From: a virus
Taxonomy: Duplodnaviria > Caudoviricetes
IMG/VR virus record: IMGVR_UViG_3300031519_000060
Coordinates: 1-42,079 of that record
Direction: 5' to 3' (one strand)
DNA length: 42,079 nt
The notes beneath the pieces are model-generated. The model was not told the origin of the DNA, ran no database searches, and saw only the letters and a list, made by a program, of their open reading frames with translations. This document shows positions 1 through 7,103 of this stretch, one piece after another (positions within the stretch are counted from its first letter, which is position 1; each line of letters starts with the position of its first letter). A program made the translations under genes and the position numbers.

Positions 1-99
1 GTGTCATCTGGTAAGGAATTTCAAGGCTTTATGTGGGAATGGTTAAGAAGAGTTGACCTATATTACAAGCTTCAGGCATCAGGGTCCATAGTAACTTAG
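1..99 (+). CDS. 3' end of a truncated ORF (VSSGKEFQGFMWEWLRRVDLYY...), possibly a phage exonuclease C-terminus
   Basis: Frame 1 is open from base 1 to TAG at 97-99; the product is a guess from context. Confidence 0.4.
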   Translation: MSSGKEFQGFMWEWLRRVDLYYKLQASGSIVT

Positions 100-141
100 A
101 TTTGAAAATGAATAAAAATATTTTTTTTAGCGTGGATAGGG

Positions 142-230
142 TGTTACAACGTGACAATGGCTTTAAAGTGTTGATATTATTAAATAAAGTGTTGTTTCAA
201 TCGTGTTACAATCTGTTTCACAGTGTGACA
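142..230. repeat. TGT(T/G)(A/T)CA heptamer array, putative iterons
   Basis: TGTTACA 142, CGTGACA 150, TGTTTCA 193, TGTTACA 204, TGTTTCA 214, TGTGACA 224; the last four are 10-11 bp apart in an AT-rich intergenic region. Confidence 0.6.
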
Positions 231-277
231 ATAGTCAATTCCCTACGTGAGAGAACCTTTTTACCTTTTTTAAAAGG

Positions 278-305
278 TTGTATTTCAAAATGAAAACTCT
301 ATGGT
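278..305 (+). promoter_or_regulatory. Putative sigma70 promoter
   Basis: TTGTAT-16nt-TATGGT just upstream of the ATG at 312. Confidence 0.4.
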
Positions 306-311
306 GTAAAT

Positions 312-626
312 ATGCCAAAAAAGAAGTCAAGAAGTATTAACAGCTACATAAAAGCTAAGACGGTGAAGGAAGCGGTCCCATTTCCATACAAGCGTGTGCG
401 AATAGATTGGATTGATATCATCACTGAAGGCGGCTGGGGTTCTGAACGTGAATTTAAAAATATGAAATTAGCTACACCTGTAAGTGAAGGTTGGTTATTT
501 TCTAAAGATGATGAGACTGTAAGGATCTTTGCTGGTTATGATATTGAGGATGACGGTTCAATTCATTTTAGTGAACGTTCTGTTTTCCCGACTTCTTGTG
601 TGAAGAAGATAACGAAGATTCACTAG
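312..626 (+). CDS. Hypothetical phage protein (104 aa)
   Basis: Plausible ORF (RIDWIDI..GW..PVSEGWL) with an upstream promoter. Confidence 0.75.
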   Translation: MPKKKSRSINSYIKAKTVKEAVPFPYKRVRIDWIDIITEGGWGSEREFKNMKLATPVSEGWLFSKDDETVRIFAGYDIEDDGSIHFSERSVFPTSCVKKITKIH

Positions 627-1134
627 ATGCCTCTGACCTCTTTTTGGGTTTTGATTGCACTTGTTCTTTTAATTCTTCAAATGGAACGTTTTCTAAAATT
701 GGGGAGTAGTCGTCAATTATGGTTTTCATTCGTGACTCTAATTCTTCTGTTGTTAGGTCTTCTAGCTTACCAGTTCTTATTATCTTCTGTTCAATATACA
801 GACCCGCAGCTTTACCCCGTGCAACTTCTGCATTAACAGCAGCTGACCAAGCTCCTTTTTTAAGAGCTTCATGTCTAATCTTTCCTAATTCTGAAATGTG
901 TCTATCGTAAGTGACTTCATATTTCTTTTGCCATTCTTCACGTAGCTCACCAATATATTTTACAACTAACGGATATAGTTTTGGGTTTTGTAACTTGCTA
1001 GCGTATTGTCTTGCAAACTCCTTTTCAAAACCTGCATCAATAGCACATTCAGTAGCTGTTTTTCTACCTTCATTACTTACTACCTCGTGAGCAAACTTCA
1101 TTTGCTTCTCTGTTAATTTTTTTGGTAATCCCAT
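568..1134 (-). CDS. terS: Terminase small subunit
   Basis: LTEKQMKFA..TATECAIDAGF..ASKL HTH start typical of Terminase_2 TerS, followed by a SAAVNAE..GKAAGLY helix. Confidence 0.8.
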   Translation of the reverse strand: MGLPKKLTEKQMKFAHEVVSNEGRKTATECAIDAGFEKEFARQYASKLQNPKLYPLVVKYIGELREEWQKKYEVTYDRHISELGKIRHEALKKGAWSAAVNAEVARGKAAGLYIEQKIIRTGKLEDLTTEELESRMKTIIDDYSPILENVPFEELKEQVQSKPKKRSEASSESSLSSSHKKSGKQNVH

Positions 1135-1136
1135 GT

Positions 1137-1165
1137 TTGACTTTTAATACAACTTAAAATATAAA
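1137..1165 (+). promoter_or_regulatory. Sigma70 promoter in a 38-bp divergent gap
   Basis: TTGACT-17nt-TATAAA; TTGATT on the opposite strand points to terS. Confidence 0.6.
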
Positions 1166-1172
1166 TCAACCC

Positions 1173-1397
1173 ATGTTTACTGGAAAGTTATTAAAGCAAG
1201 TTGTAGATAAATTCACTAGTTCACCCGTTGTTCAAGAGGCTAGAGTTCAAGTTGTGTTACCCAATGGAGAGTTTTATGACATTGATGGTGTAAAGTTATT
1301 GCAAAATAAAATAATAGGAGTAAGAGAATCTCATCGATTGGTGTTTACAATTACCCCTGAACAGTTCAAAATGGGCAAGGTCCTTAAGAAGTTGTAG
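1173..1397 (+). CDS. Hypothetical phage protein (74 aa)
   Basis: ORF directly after the promoter and tightly packed with the next gene. Confidence 0.75.
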   Translation: MFTGKLLKQVVDKFTSSPVVQEARVQVVLPNGEFYDIDGVKLLQNKIIGVRESHRLVFTITPEQFKMGKVLKKL

Positions 1398-1405
1398 TAG
1401 TAAAA

Positions 1406-1774
1406 ATGTCAGTCAAACCTGAACGGAAACTATGGCATGAACTTAAGAAATCTACACCTAAAATATCGTGGACAAGGCTTGAAAATAGCGGTGCTTTTGG
1501 TACTCCCGATCTATTGGGTTATAATCCTAGTGGGCACTTTTTTACACTGGAGTTAAAAGCTACAACAACAAACAAGTTACGCTTCTCACCACATCAATTT
1601 GCGTTTCACGTGAAACATCCGAACAATACATTTATCTTGGCCAAGGCAGTCTCCCTTAACCTTGTAAAACTTTATGAAGGATCTAAAATCCTGGAGCTTG
1701 ATGCTTGTGGCTTGAAGCTTGAGCCCCTGGCCCAAGGACTTCAATCTTGCTGCTTGTGGCTTGAGCGTTTGTAG
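1406..1774 (+). CDS. PD-(D/E)XK nuclease, VRR-NUC / Holliday junction resolvase-like
   Basis: E..L, G.PDL, ELK and SPHQ..F motifs. Confidence 0.75.
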   Translation: MSVKPERKLWHELKKSTPKISWTRLENSGAFGTPDLLGYNPSGHFFTLELKATTTNKLRFSPHQFAFHVKHPNNTFILAKAVSLNLVKLYEGSKILELDACGLKLEPLAQGLQSCCLWLERL

Positions 1775-1814
1775 CTTGAGGCTTGTTCCTCACTGGCTTG
1801 TTGCTTGTTGCTTG
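1696..1814. repeat. Heptamer-phased NNGCTTG repeat array
   Basis: GCTTG at 1696, 1703, 1710, 1717, 1752, 1759, 1774, 1781, 1796, 1803, 1810. Confidence 0.75.
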
Positions 1815-1905
1815 AGCTTTGCTTCCGGGCCTTTTCTTCTTCTTGAAATTTTTTCGCTCGCCGGTTGTATTCCTGATAATATTTTGGGTGTTTAAATACG
1901 TGCAT
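1741..1905 (-). CDS. Small hypothetical protein (54 aa, MHVFKHPKYYQEYNRR...)
   Basis: Translated by hand; its ATG overlaps the upstream stop codon (TAATG); not in the ORF track. Confidence 0.6.
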   Translation of the reverse strand: MHVFKHPKYYQEYNRRAKKFQEEEKARKQSSSNKQQASEEQASSYKRSSHKQQD

Positions 1906-2153
1906 TATAATTTATTTATAAAATTTTTAAATTCTCTTATCTGTTTGTTAAGCTTCTTAATGGTCTCATCATCCGCCCGCTCATCTTTTAATTGTCTTCG
2001 TATGTAATGGGTGAGGTGCATATCTCCAACCTTAATATCTTTCCCCTTACTCTCCGAATATCTTACCTCTTCCAAAGCTTCAACAATATCGCAGGGCGTT
2101 TTTTTGTTTTTTGCAAAGTGCTTTTCTATTTCTATTATATCTCTTATTATCAT
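1905..2153 (-). CDS. Hypothetical protein (82 aa)
   Basis: In operon with the GP88-like gene; AAGGA RBS. Confidence 0.7.
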   Translation of the reverse strand: MIIRDIIEIEKHFAKNKKTPCDIVEALEEVRYSESKGKDIKVGDMHLTHYIRRQLKDERADDETIKKLNKQIREFKNFINKL

Positions 2154-2165
2154 TTTTTCCTTTCT

Positions 2166-2765
2166 TTAGTGTTTACCATATACCACAGTTTGAACTCGTT
2201 TGTCCCAGCATTTACGACAATCTTTACATTGGCCGCCCTGGTCCGGAGCCGGGCAGGTTCTATTGTTTGAAGTTGTAACCCCTGATTCATGGCTCCATGT
2301 GCTGGAGCTCGGGCCGTCTATTTTAGATCTTGATAATCTTATAACTAAATTATCAGGAACATCTTTTGGGTCCGGTAAAAATTGGCGCTCTTGAGTCGGT
2401 AACCAGTGTTTGGTATCGGGTGTCAATCTTACAACTTCTAAAATCTTTTGCATATGCTCAACGCTTTGAACATCCCCGGCGTCATGCCACCTAAACCATT
2501 TTTGGTTTTTAATTCTTGCCGCCATGGCTTCAACCCAAAGCGGGTTTTCAATTGCTTTGAGTCTTCTATATTGCGCAGCTTTAATTGCTGGGTACCGGGT
2601 GTAATTTCCTTTTTTAGCATAGCAGCTAAAGCAGGGCGTGCCCGGGACCTGAGCCAGCTTCCAACCTGTTTTGCATTCCCACGCCGGGAGGCTATAAGAT
2701 AGTCCCGGCATTTTAGAAGTTTTTGTAAATGAGTCTGTAATTTTTAAAGCGTCTTTAACTATCAT
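2166..2765 (-). CDS. GP88-like Cys-rich phage protein (radical-SAM-like Fe-S motifs)
   Basis: TSKMPG..SLPA..C, CxxCYA, FRWHDAGD, and CPA..C..C..CW motifs. Confidence 0.75.
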   Translation of the reverse strand: MIVKDALKITDSFTKTSKMPGLSYSLPAWECKTGWKLAQVPGTPCFSCYAKKGNYTRYPAIKAAQYRRLKAIENPLWVEAMAARIKNQKWFRWHDAGDVQSVEHMQKILEVVRLTPDTKHWLPTQERQFLPDPKDVPDNLVIRLSRSKIDGPSSSTWSHESGVTTSNNRTCPAPDQGGQCKDCRKCWDKRVQTVVYGKH

Positions 2766-2833
2766 GCTGTAACCGCTAAGCCCATTATCAAACCAAAAAA
2801 TGTGGCGATGCAGTAAAATTCAAAACTAGTCAT
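2762..2833 (-). CDS. 23-aa hydrophobic mini-protein (MTSFEFYCIATFFGLIMGLAVTA)
   Basis: GGAGG RBS; ATGA overlap with the GP88-like start. Confidence 0.55.
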   Translation of the reverse strand: MTSFEFYCIATFFGLIMGLAVTA

Positions 2834-2939
2834 TTTTTCTGTCCTCCATATATTTTTTTGATCTGTCCTGGTCCTCTTTAACCAGTCTAAGAATTTCCTC
2901 CAGGGCATCCGCTATTCTTTTTAAATTTACATCATTCAT
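2826..2939 (-). CDS. 37-aa helical mini-protein (MNDVNLKRIADALEEILRLVKEDQ...)
   Basis: ATGA overlap with the upstream ORF; fills the operon gap. Confidence 0.6.
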   Translation of the reverse strand: MNDVNLKRIADALEEILRLVKEDQDRSKKYMEDRKND

Positions 2940-3112
2940 ATTTTATTACTTTCATTTTTTCTAACGTCTTTGAATACAACGTCCTCAAGTATTGATATTC
3001 TTTTTGCCAATAAATCAATTAAACCTTTTTGCAATTTAATTATATCCATTGTAGAATTACCAGCGGTTGTTAAATCCCTGACATATTTAAGCGTTTCCAA
3101 ACTACTACTCAT
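2936..3112 (-). CDS. Small coiled-coil hypothetical protein
   Basis: Track ORF is 2936-3145; a start at 3112 has a GAGG RBS. Confidence 0.6.
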   Translation of the reverse strand: MSSSLETLKYVRDLTTAGNSTMDIIKLQKGLIDLLAKRISILEDVVFKDVRKNESNKI

Positions 3113-3212
3113 ATTTTTTTTACCTCGTTTTGTTAGATTAAACATATTAGGATTGTATAGGATAAATAAGGCAACAATGAGGCAGGGACCAAAATAAAAA
3201 TAAATAATTATC

Positions 3213-3241
3213 TTGACATATCCTAAATTATCCTATACACT
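3213..3241 (+). promoter_or_regulatory. Sigma70 promoter
   Basis: TTGACA-17nt-TACACT. Confidence 0.65.
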
Positions 3242-3348
3242 AGGGGTGGGAGGCCGGGATATAATATCTAAGATTCAGGCAACCAGAGGTTGTATTGCAA
3301 GATAGAATCATTCTAAACTGTAGGTTGTATTTTTTTTTATTTAAGGGG

Positions 3349-3377
3349 TTGACTTTTATTTTAATATAGGATATAGT
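3349..3377 (+). promoter_or_regulatory. Sigma70 promoter
   Basis: TTGACT-17nt-TATAGT. Confidence 0.7.
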
Positions 3378-3382
3378 AGGAT

Positions 3383-3679
3383 ATGTTTAACAAACAAAAA
3401 GAAAGTAGAAATAAAATGGATAAACAAAGTAAAAAAGTAATCAAGGTTTTATCTAGAGAAGCTAAAAGAAGAGGTATGGTTTCTAGACTAGATAAAATTA
3501 AAGAAATGTTTAATGGCTTAACTGCTCTTAATTTAGTTGTACTCAGACAAAGACGTGACGGTCATTTTGGGTTTTGTAGTTTTGAAACTCTTGACATTGT
3601 CAATAAGATTTTAACAAGCGCAAAACAATCTAGATTAAATCCTAGAAGAGTTTTCAAGCAATTGGAATTTAACTATTGA
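3383..3679 (+). CDS. Basic hypothetical protein, probably early (alternative start 3416)
   Basis: ORF directly after a strong promoter. Confidence 0.65.
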   Translation: MFNKQKESRNKMDKQSKKVIKVLSREAKRRGMVSRLDKIKEMFNGLTALNLVVLRQRRDGHFGFCSFETLDIVNKILTSAKQSRLNPRRVFKQLEFNY

Positions 3680-3704
3680 CAGATTAATTAATATAGGATA
3701 TACT
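3676..3704 (+). promoter_or_regulatory. Sigma70 promoter
   Basis: TTGACA-17nt-TATACT. Confidence 0.75.
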
Positions 3705-3727
3705 GGGAACATAACAGAAAGGACATA

Positions 3728-3997
3728 ATGAATATAATACATAACAGCATAAGCTACGCTATACCAAAACCATTTGATCAATGTTATTTTGGAGCGGATC
3801 CAACTAAGATGATGACCATCATGAACCGTTTCAGTGATGAGACATTTCAAGCTAGCGCCAAGCTTCCAGCATTTGCGGTGGCTATCTATGATACAATCAT
3901 TGGAGCGGAGCGCACAGAAAATTGGACCCTATTTAATAAGGGTCGTTTATGGTTTCAAAAGAATTTTATTAAAGAATACTATGTTCTGTTAGACTAG
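3728..3997 (+). CDS. Hypothetical protein, probably early (89 aa)
   Basis: AAAGGA RBS, own promoter, C-terminal WFQKNF.KEYYVLLD. Confidence 0.75.
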   Translation: MNIIHNSISYAIPKPFDQCYFGADPTKMMTIMNRFSDETFQASAKLPAFAVAIYDTIIGAERTENWTLFNKGRLWFQKNFIKEYYVLLD

Positions 3998-4003
3998 TAA
4001 CTA

Positions 4004-4218
4004 GGCGCACAACAACTATCATGTACAGGTTGTGCGCCATGGTATCCCGCTGGGTCAGGGTAACGGCCCGGGTTGTGCAGAGAAACACCGGTTATTAATT
4101 TGCTCTGCACAACTATAAGTTGTGCGCCAATAACCATGGAGACCACGTAACGAAGTGGGGAGGTGCACATTAGAACCATTCTAAACTGGAGATCTATACA
4201 ACTACAGGTTGTACGCCA
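4004..4218. repeat. ACAAC/GTTGT palindrome and direct-repeat cluster upstream of terL
   Basis: GTTGTRCGCCA at 4029, 4119, 4208; stems 4004-4013/4029-4038 and 4072-4082/4103-4113; palindromes 4107-4125 and 4197-4213. Confidence 0.7.
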
Positions 4219-4404
4219 GGCTAATCAATAGAGGTACCAGGCGCCGGGCGGTTTTTGATTTTTTTACAAAAAGGTTTTTTAGTTTTTTTTTAAAGGGGTC
4301 CCAATAGATCGTATATATGCAAGGTTTCATAGATTCGTAACCCTGGAATACTTTTTTACTTTATGAAAAAATAGTGTAAAAATTTTGCAGAAATTTTTTT
4401 TCAA

Positions 4405-5883
4405 ATGATAAATAAAGATAAACTAAAGAACTTCGACAAATTACCTGCTGATGTAAGAAGAGAATTTTCATTACTAGCTAATCAATACGGAGAAAAGAAA
4501 AAGACTGCTGGTATACAAAATAACTTTATGGATTTTGTAAAGCATGTTTGGCCTGACTTTATTGAAGGTAAACACCACCAAAAAATTGCTAACAAGTTTG
4601 ATAGACTTGCTCAAGGTAAGATTAAAAGATTAATTATTAATATGCCACCCAGACATACCAAGTCTGAATTTGGTTCTTATCTTTTGCCTGCCTGGATGGT
4701 AGGTCGTAACCCTAAACTAAAAATTATTCAATCAACTAACACAACTGAATTATCTGTAAGGTTTGGCCGTAAAGCAAAATCTTTAATGGATTCACCAGAA
4801 TACAAACAAGTTTTTAAAACTAGACTTAATCCTGATTCTCAAGCTGCTGGTAAATGGGAAACCGAACAAGGTGGTGAATACTATGCTGCTGGTGTTGGCT
4901 CTGCTATTACAGGAAGGGGAGCTGATTTATTAATTATTGATGATCCACATACTGAACAAGATGCCATGAACAATCAAGCATTAGATAGAACTTACGAGTG
5001 GTATACATCAGGACCTAGACAACGTCTTCAACCTGGTGGATCAATTGTTGTTATAATGACAAGATGGAATCAAAAAGATTTAACTGGTAGATTGTTAAAC
5101 GCTCAAAAAGGAGTTAAGGCTGATCAATGGGAAGTTGTAGAGTTCCCTGCTATAATGCCATCAGGTAAACCTGTTTGGCCAGAGTATTGGAAGTTAGATG
5201 ATTTAGAATCTGTTAAAGCTAGTATTCCCCTGACTAAATGGAATGCGCAGTATATGCAAAATCCTACTTCAGAAGAAGGTGCATTAATAAAACGTGAATG
5301 GTGGAAAGATTGGGAAGAGGATGAAATGCCTCCGTTGCAACATATTATACAATCTTATGATACAGCTTTCATGAAAAAAGAAACTGCTGACTACTCTGCT
5401 ATTACTACTTGGGGCGTGTTTCAAGAAAATGAAGACTCACCACCAAGTTTAATATTAGTTGATGCATTAAAAGGTCGTTATGAATTTCCTGAACTAAGAC
5501 GTATTGCTATGGAACAGTATGGATATTGGAATCCTGAAACAGTTATAATTGAAAGTAAAGCATCAGGACTACCATTAACTTATGAGTTGCGTAAGATGGG
5601 AATACCTGTTATAAATTTCTCACCATCTCGTGGTAATGATAAACACACGAGGGTAAACGCAGTGTCACCGCTCTTTGAGTCGGGGCTGATATGGGCGCCC
5701 AAAGAAATGGACTTCGCACAAGAAGTCATTGAGGAATGTGCAGCTTTTCCTTATGGAGACCATGATGACTTGGTGGATTCTATGACTCAAGCTGTAATGA
5801 GATTTAGACAGGGAGGTTTAATTAAACACCCTGAAGATTATAAGGATGATGAAGTTGTTAAAACACAAAAGGTTTATTATTAA
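4405..5883 (+). CDS. terL: Terminase large subunit
   Basis: MPPRHTKS Walker A variant, LLIIDDP Walker B, RNase H-like SYDTA and HDDLVDS motifs. Confidence 0.97.
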   Translation: MINKDKLKNFDKLPADVRREFSLLANQYGEKKKTAGIQNNFMDFVKHVWPDFIEGKHHQKIANKFDRLAQGKIKRLIINMPPRHTKSEFGSYLLPAWMVGRNPKLKIIQSTNTTELSVRFGRKAKSLMDSPEYKQVFKTRLNPDSQAAGKWETEQGGEYYAAGVGSAITGRGADLLIIDDPHTEQDAMNNQALDRTYEWYTSGPRQRLQPGGSIVVIMTRWNQKDLTGRLLNAQKGVKADQWEVVEFPAIMPSGKPVWPEYWKLDDLESVKASIPLTKWNAQYMQNPTSEEGALIKREWWKDWEEDEMPPLQHIIQSYDTAFMKKETADYSAITTWGVFQENEDSPPSLILVDALKGRYEFPELRRIAMEQYGYWNPETVIIESKASGLPLTYELRKMGIPVINFSPSRGNDKHTRVNAVSPLFESGLIWAPKEMDFAQEVIEECAAFPYGDHDDLVDSMTQAVMRFRQGGLIKHPEDYKDDEVVKTQKVYY

Positions 5884-5885
5884 TT

Positions 5886-6587
5886 ATGGATGAATACACA
5901 GAATCAGAAATGTCAAAAATAGTTAAAGACCTAATGGACAATGAAGGTTTTGAGTTTGGTGAAGCTGTTAAGGAAGCCATGAGAAGAACTAATAAAAAAG
6001 CAAATGGAGGAATTATGAGAAATATGTATTCAACAGGTGATGAAGTAGAAGAATTTCAAGAAGATGATCTTTCTGAAATTGAGTTAATGAAAGACCAAGG
6101 GATTCCCTATGGTGAACAAGTCAAGGCTCAGGATTCAGGCATCATGCAAATGGCTGATAGAGATCCTTTATTAGAAGACGAATATAATAAATATAGATTT
6201 GAAGTATTAGAGATGGGACAAGATCCTATGTCTTTTGAACAATTTAGAGATCAAGCAATGAATGATCAAGCATCTATCGATCCTAAAATTAGAATTGAAG
6301 AAGTTGTAATGGAATTTATTAAATTAAAAGGTCGTAAACCAAACTCATTAGATGAACTAAAAGAGTTTTATGAAATGAGTATGGGTACAGCTAGAGATCC
6401 TGGAATGGAAGTAGTTAAAGAATTAGTTGAAGATGATAAAACTAGAATTACTTTAGCTGGCGGAAATTTAGTTGGAGGTCAAGTTAAATTAGATGTGGAC
6501 GGAGACGGAAGCATCGGAGCTGATGATCTTAAAGCTTTAAGAGATAATAAACAATCAGGCGGTCTAGCAGCAATCTTAGGAGTTTAA
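5886..6587 (+). CDS. Acidic hypothetical protein with GG motifs and an EF-hand-like loop
   Basis: 233-aa ORF; DVDGDGSIGADD; KANGGI and QSGGL motifs. Confidence 0.75.
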   Translation: MDEYTESEMSKIVKDLMDNEGFEFGEAVKEAMRRTNKKANGGIMRNMYSTGDEVEEFQEDDLSEIELMKDQGIPYGEQVKAQDSGIMQMADRDPLLEDEYNKYRFEVLEMGQDPMSFEQFRDQAMNDQASIDPKIRIEEVVMEFIKLKGRKPNSLDELKEFYEMSMGTARDPGMEVVKELVEDDKTRITLAGGNLVGGQVKLDVDGDGSIGADDLKALRDNKQSGGLAAILGV

Positions 6588-6588
6588 A

Positions 6589-6936
6589 TTGAAACTCCAC
6601 GAGTACAATGAGATGATGGCATATCTCACACGGCGTGAGAATTTTTCTGAAGGATCTCCTCCACCAAAAAAACCTTACAGCGCAGTTCAATTTAAAAACA
6701 AAGCAGACACTTTATTACAAGGTGTATATGGAACTGGAAAATCTTCTAATGCTTTTCTTGTAGATTTAATACAAAAAGAATTAGACAAAGCTGTTACTGA
6801 AGGTGTTCTTACAATGCAAGAAGGTCTTGAGTTTATTAAAGGCCGAAAAGATTTCTACGACAATTATATAAAAAAACAAAGTGAAATTACAGAAGGTCGT
6901 ATTGGTTTACCAGAGATAGAAGAAAGAACTGAATGA
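6589..6936 (+). CDS. Hypothetical protein (TTG start, MKLHEYNEMMAYLTR)
   Basis: AGGAG RBS upstream of TTG; contiguous with neighbours. Confidence 0.7.
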   Translation: MKLHEYNEMMAYLTRRENFSEGSPPPKKPYSAVQFKNKADTLLQGVYGTGKSSNAFLVDLIQKELDKAVTEGVLTMQEGLEFIKGRKDFYDNYIKKQSEITEGRIGLPEIEERTE

Positions 6937-7103
6937 CAATACGTAAAAATATATACCCTAAGAAATGGCTCCTGCCGCCTGAATCAGGACCCACGCCTCA
7001 AGGGTTGAATATTAACTATAATACTGTTAAGACAGTAAAACTGGAGAAAATAAAAAATGGAAGACAAGATAGACAAGTCCCTAAATCAAGGACCAAGAGG
7101 TAG
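6933..7103 (+). CDS. Small hypothetical protein (56 aa, PPESGPTPQGL motif)
   Basis: Translated by hand; ATGA overlap with the previous stop; overlaps the portal start. Confidence 0.5.
   Translation: MTIRKNIYPKKWLLPPESGPTPQGLNINYNTVKTVKLEKIKNGRQDRQVPKSRTKR

Larger units (their letters stand above)
3148..3709. promoter_or_regulatory. Four tandem TAGGAT-N4-TAGGAT operator-like sites overlapping promoters
   Basis: Pairs at 3148/3158, 3220/3230 (inverted ATCCTA), 3367/3377 and 3694/3704 (second copy degenerate), each with 10-bp spacing. Confidence 0.65.

Noticed and set aside
102-293. 63-aa ORF in the track
   Set aside because: TTG start, no RBS, and it overlies the heptamer array and a promoter; probably non-coding.
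627-910. Plus-strand ORFs 627-836 and 719-910
   Set aside because: Antisense shadows of terS.
1819-3197. Plus-strand ORFs (1819, 1992, 2200, 2448, 2970) and minus-strand 2438-2620
   Set aside because: Antisense or out-of-frame shadows of the coupled minus-strand operon.
3635-4179. Minus-strand ORFs 3635-3850 and 3994-4179
   Set aside because: The first is antisense to a promoter-backed gene; the second is an artefact of the GC-rich palindromic region.
4004-4218. CRISPR array
   Set aside because: Only three short degenerate repeats with ~70-nt spacers and no cas genes; kept as an unexplained repeat cluster instead.
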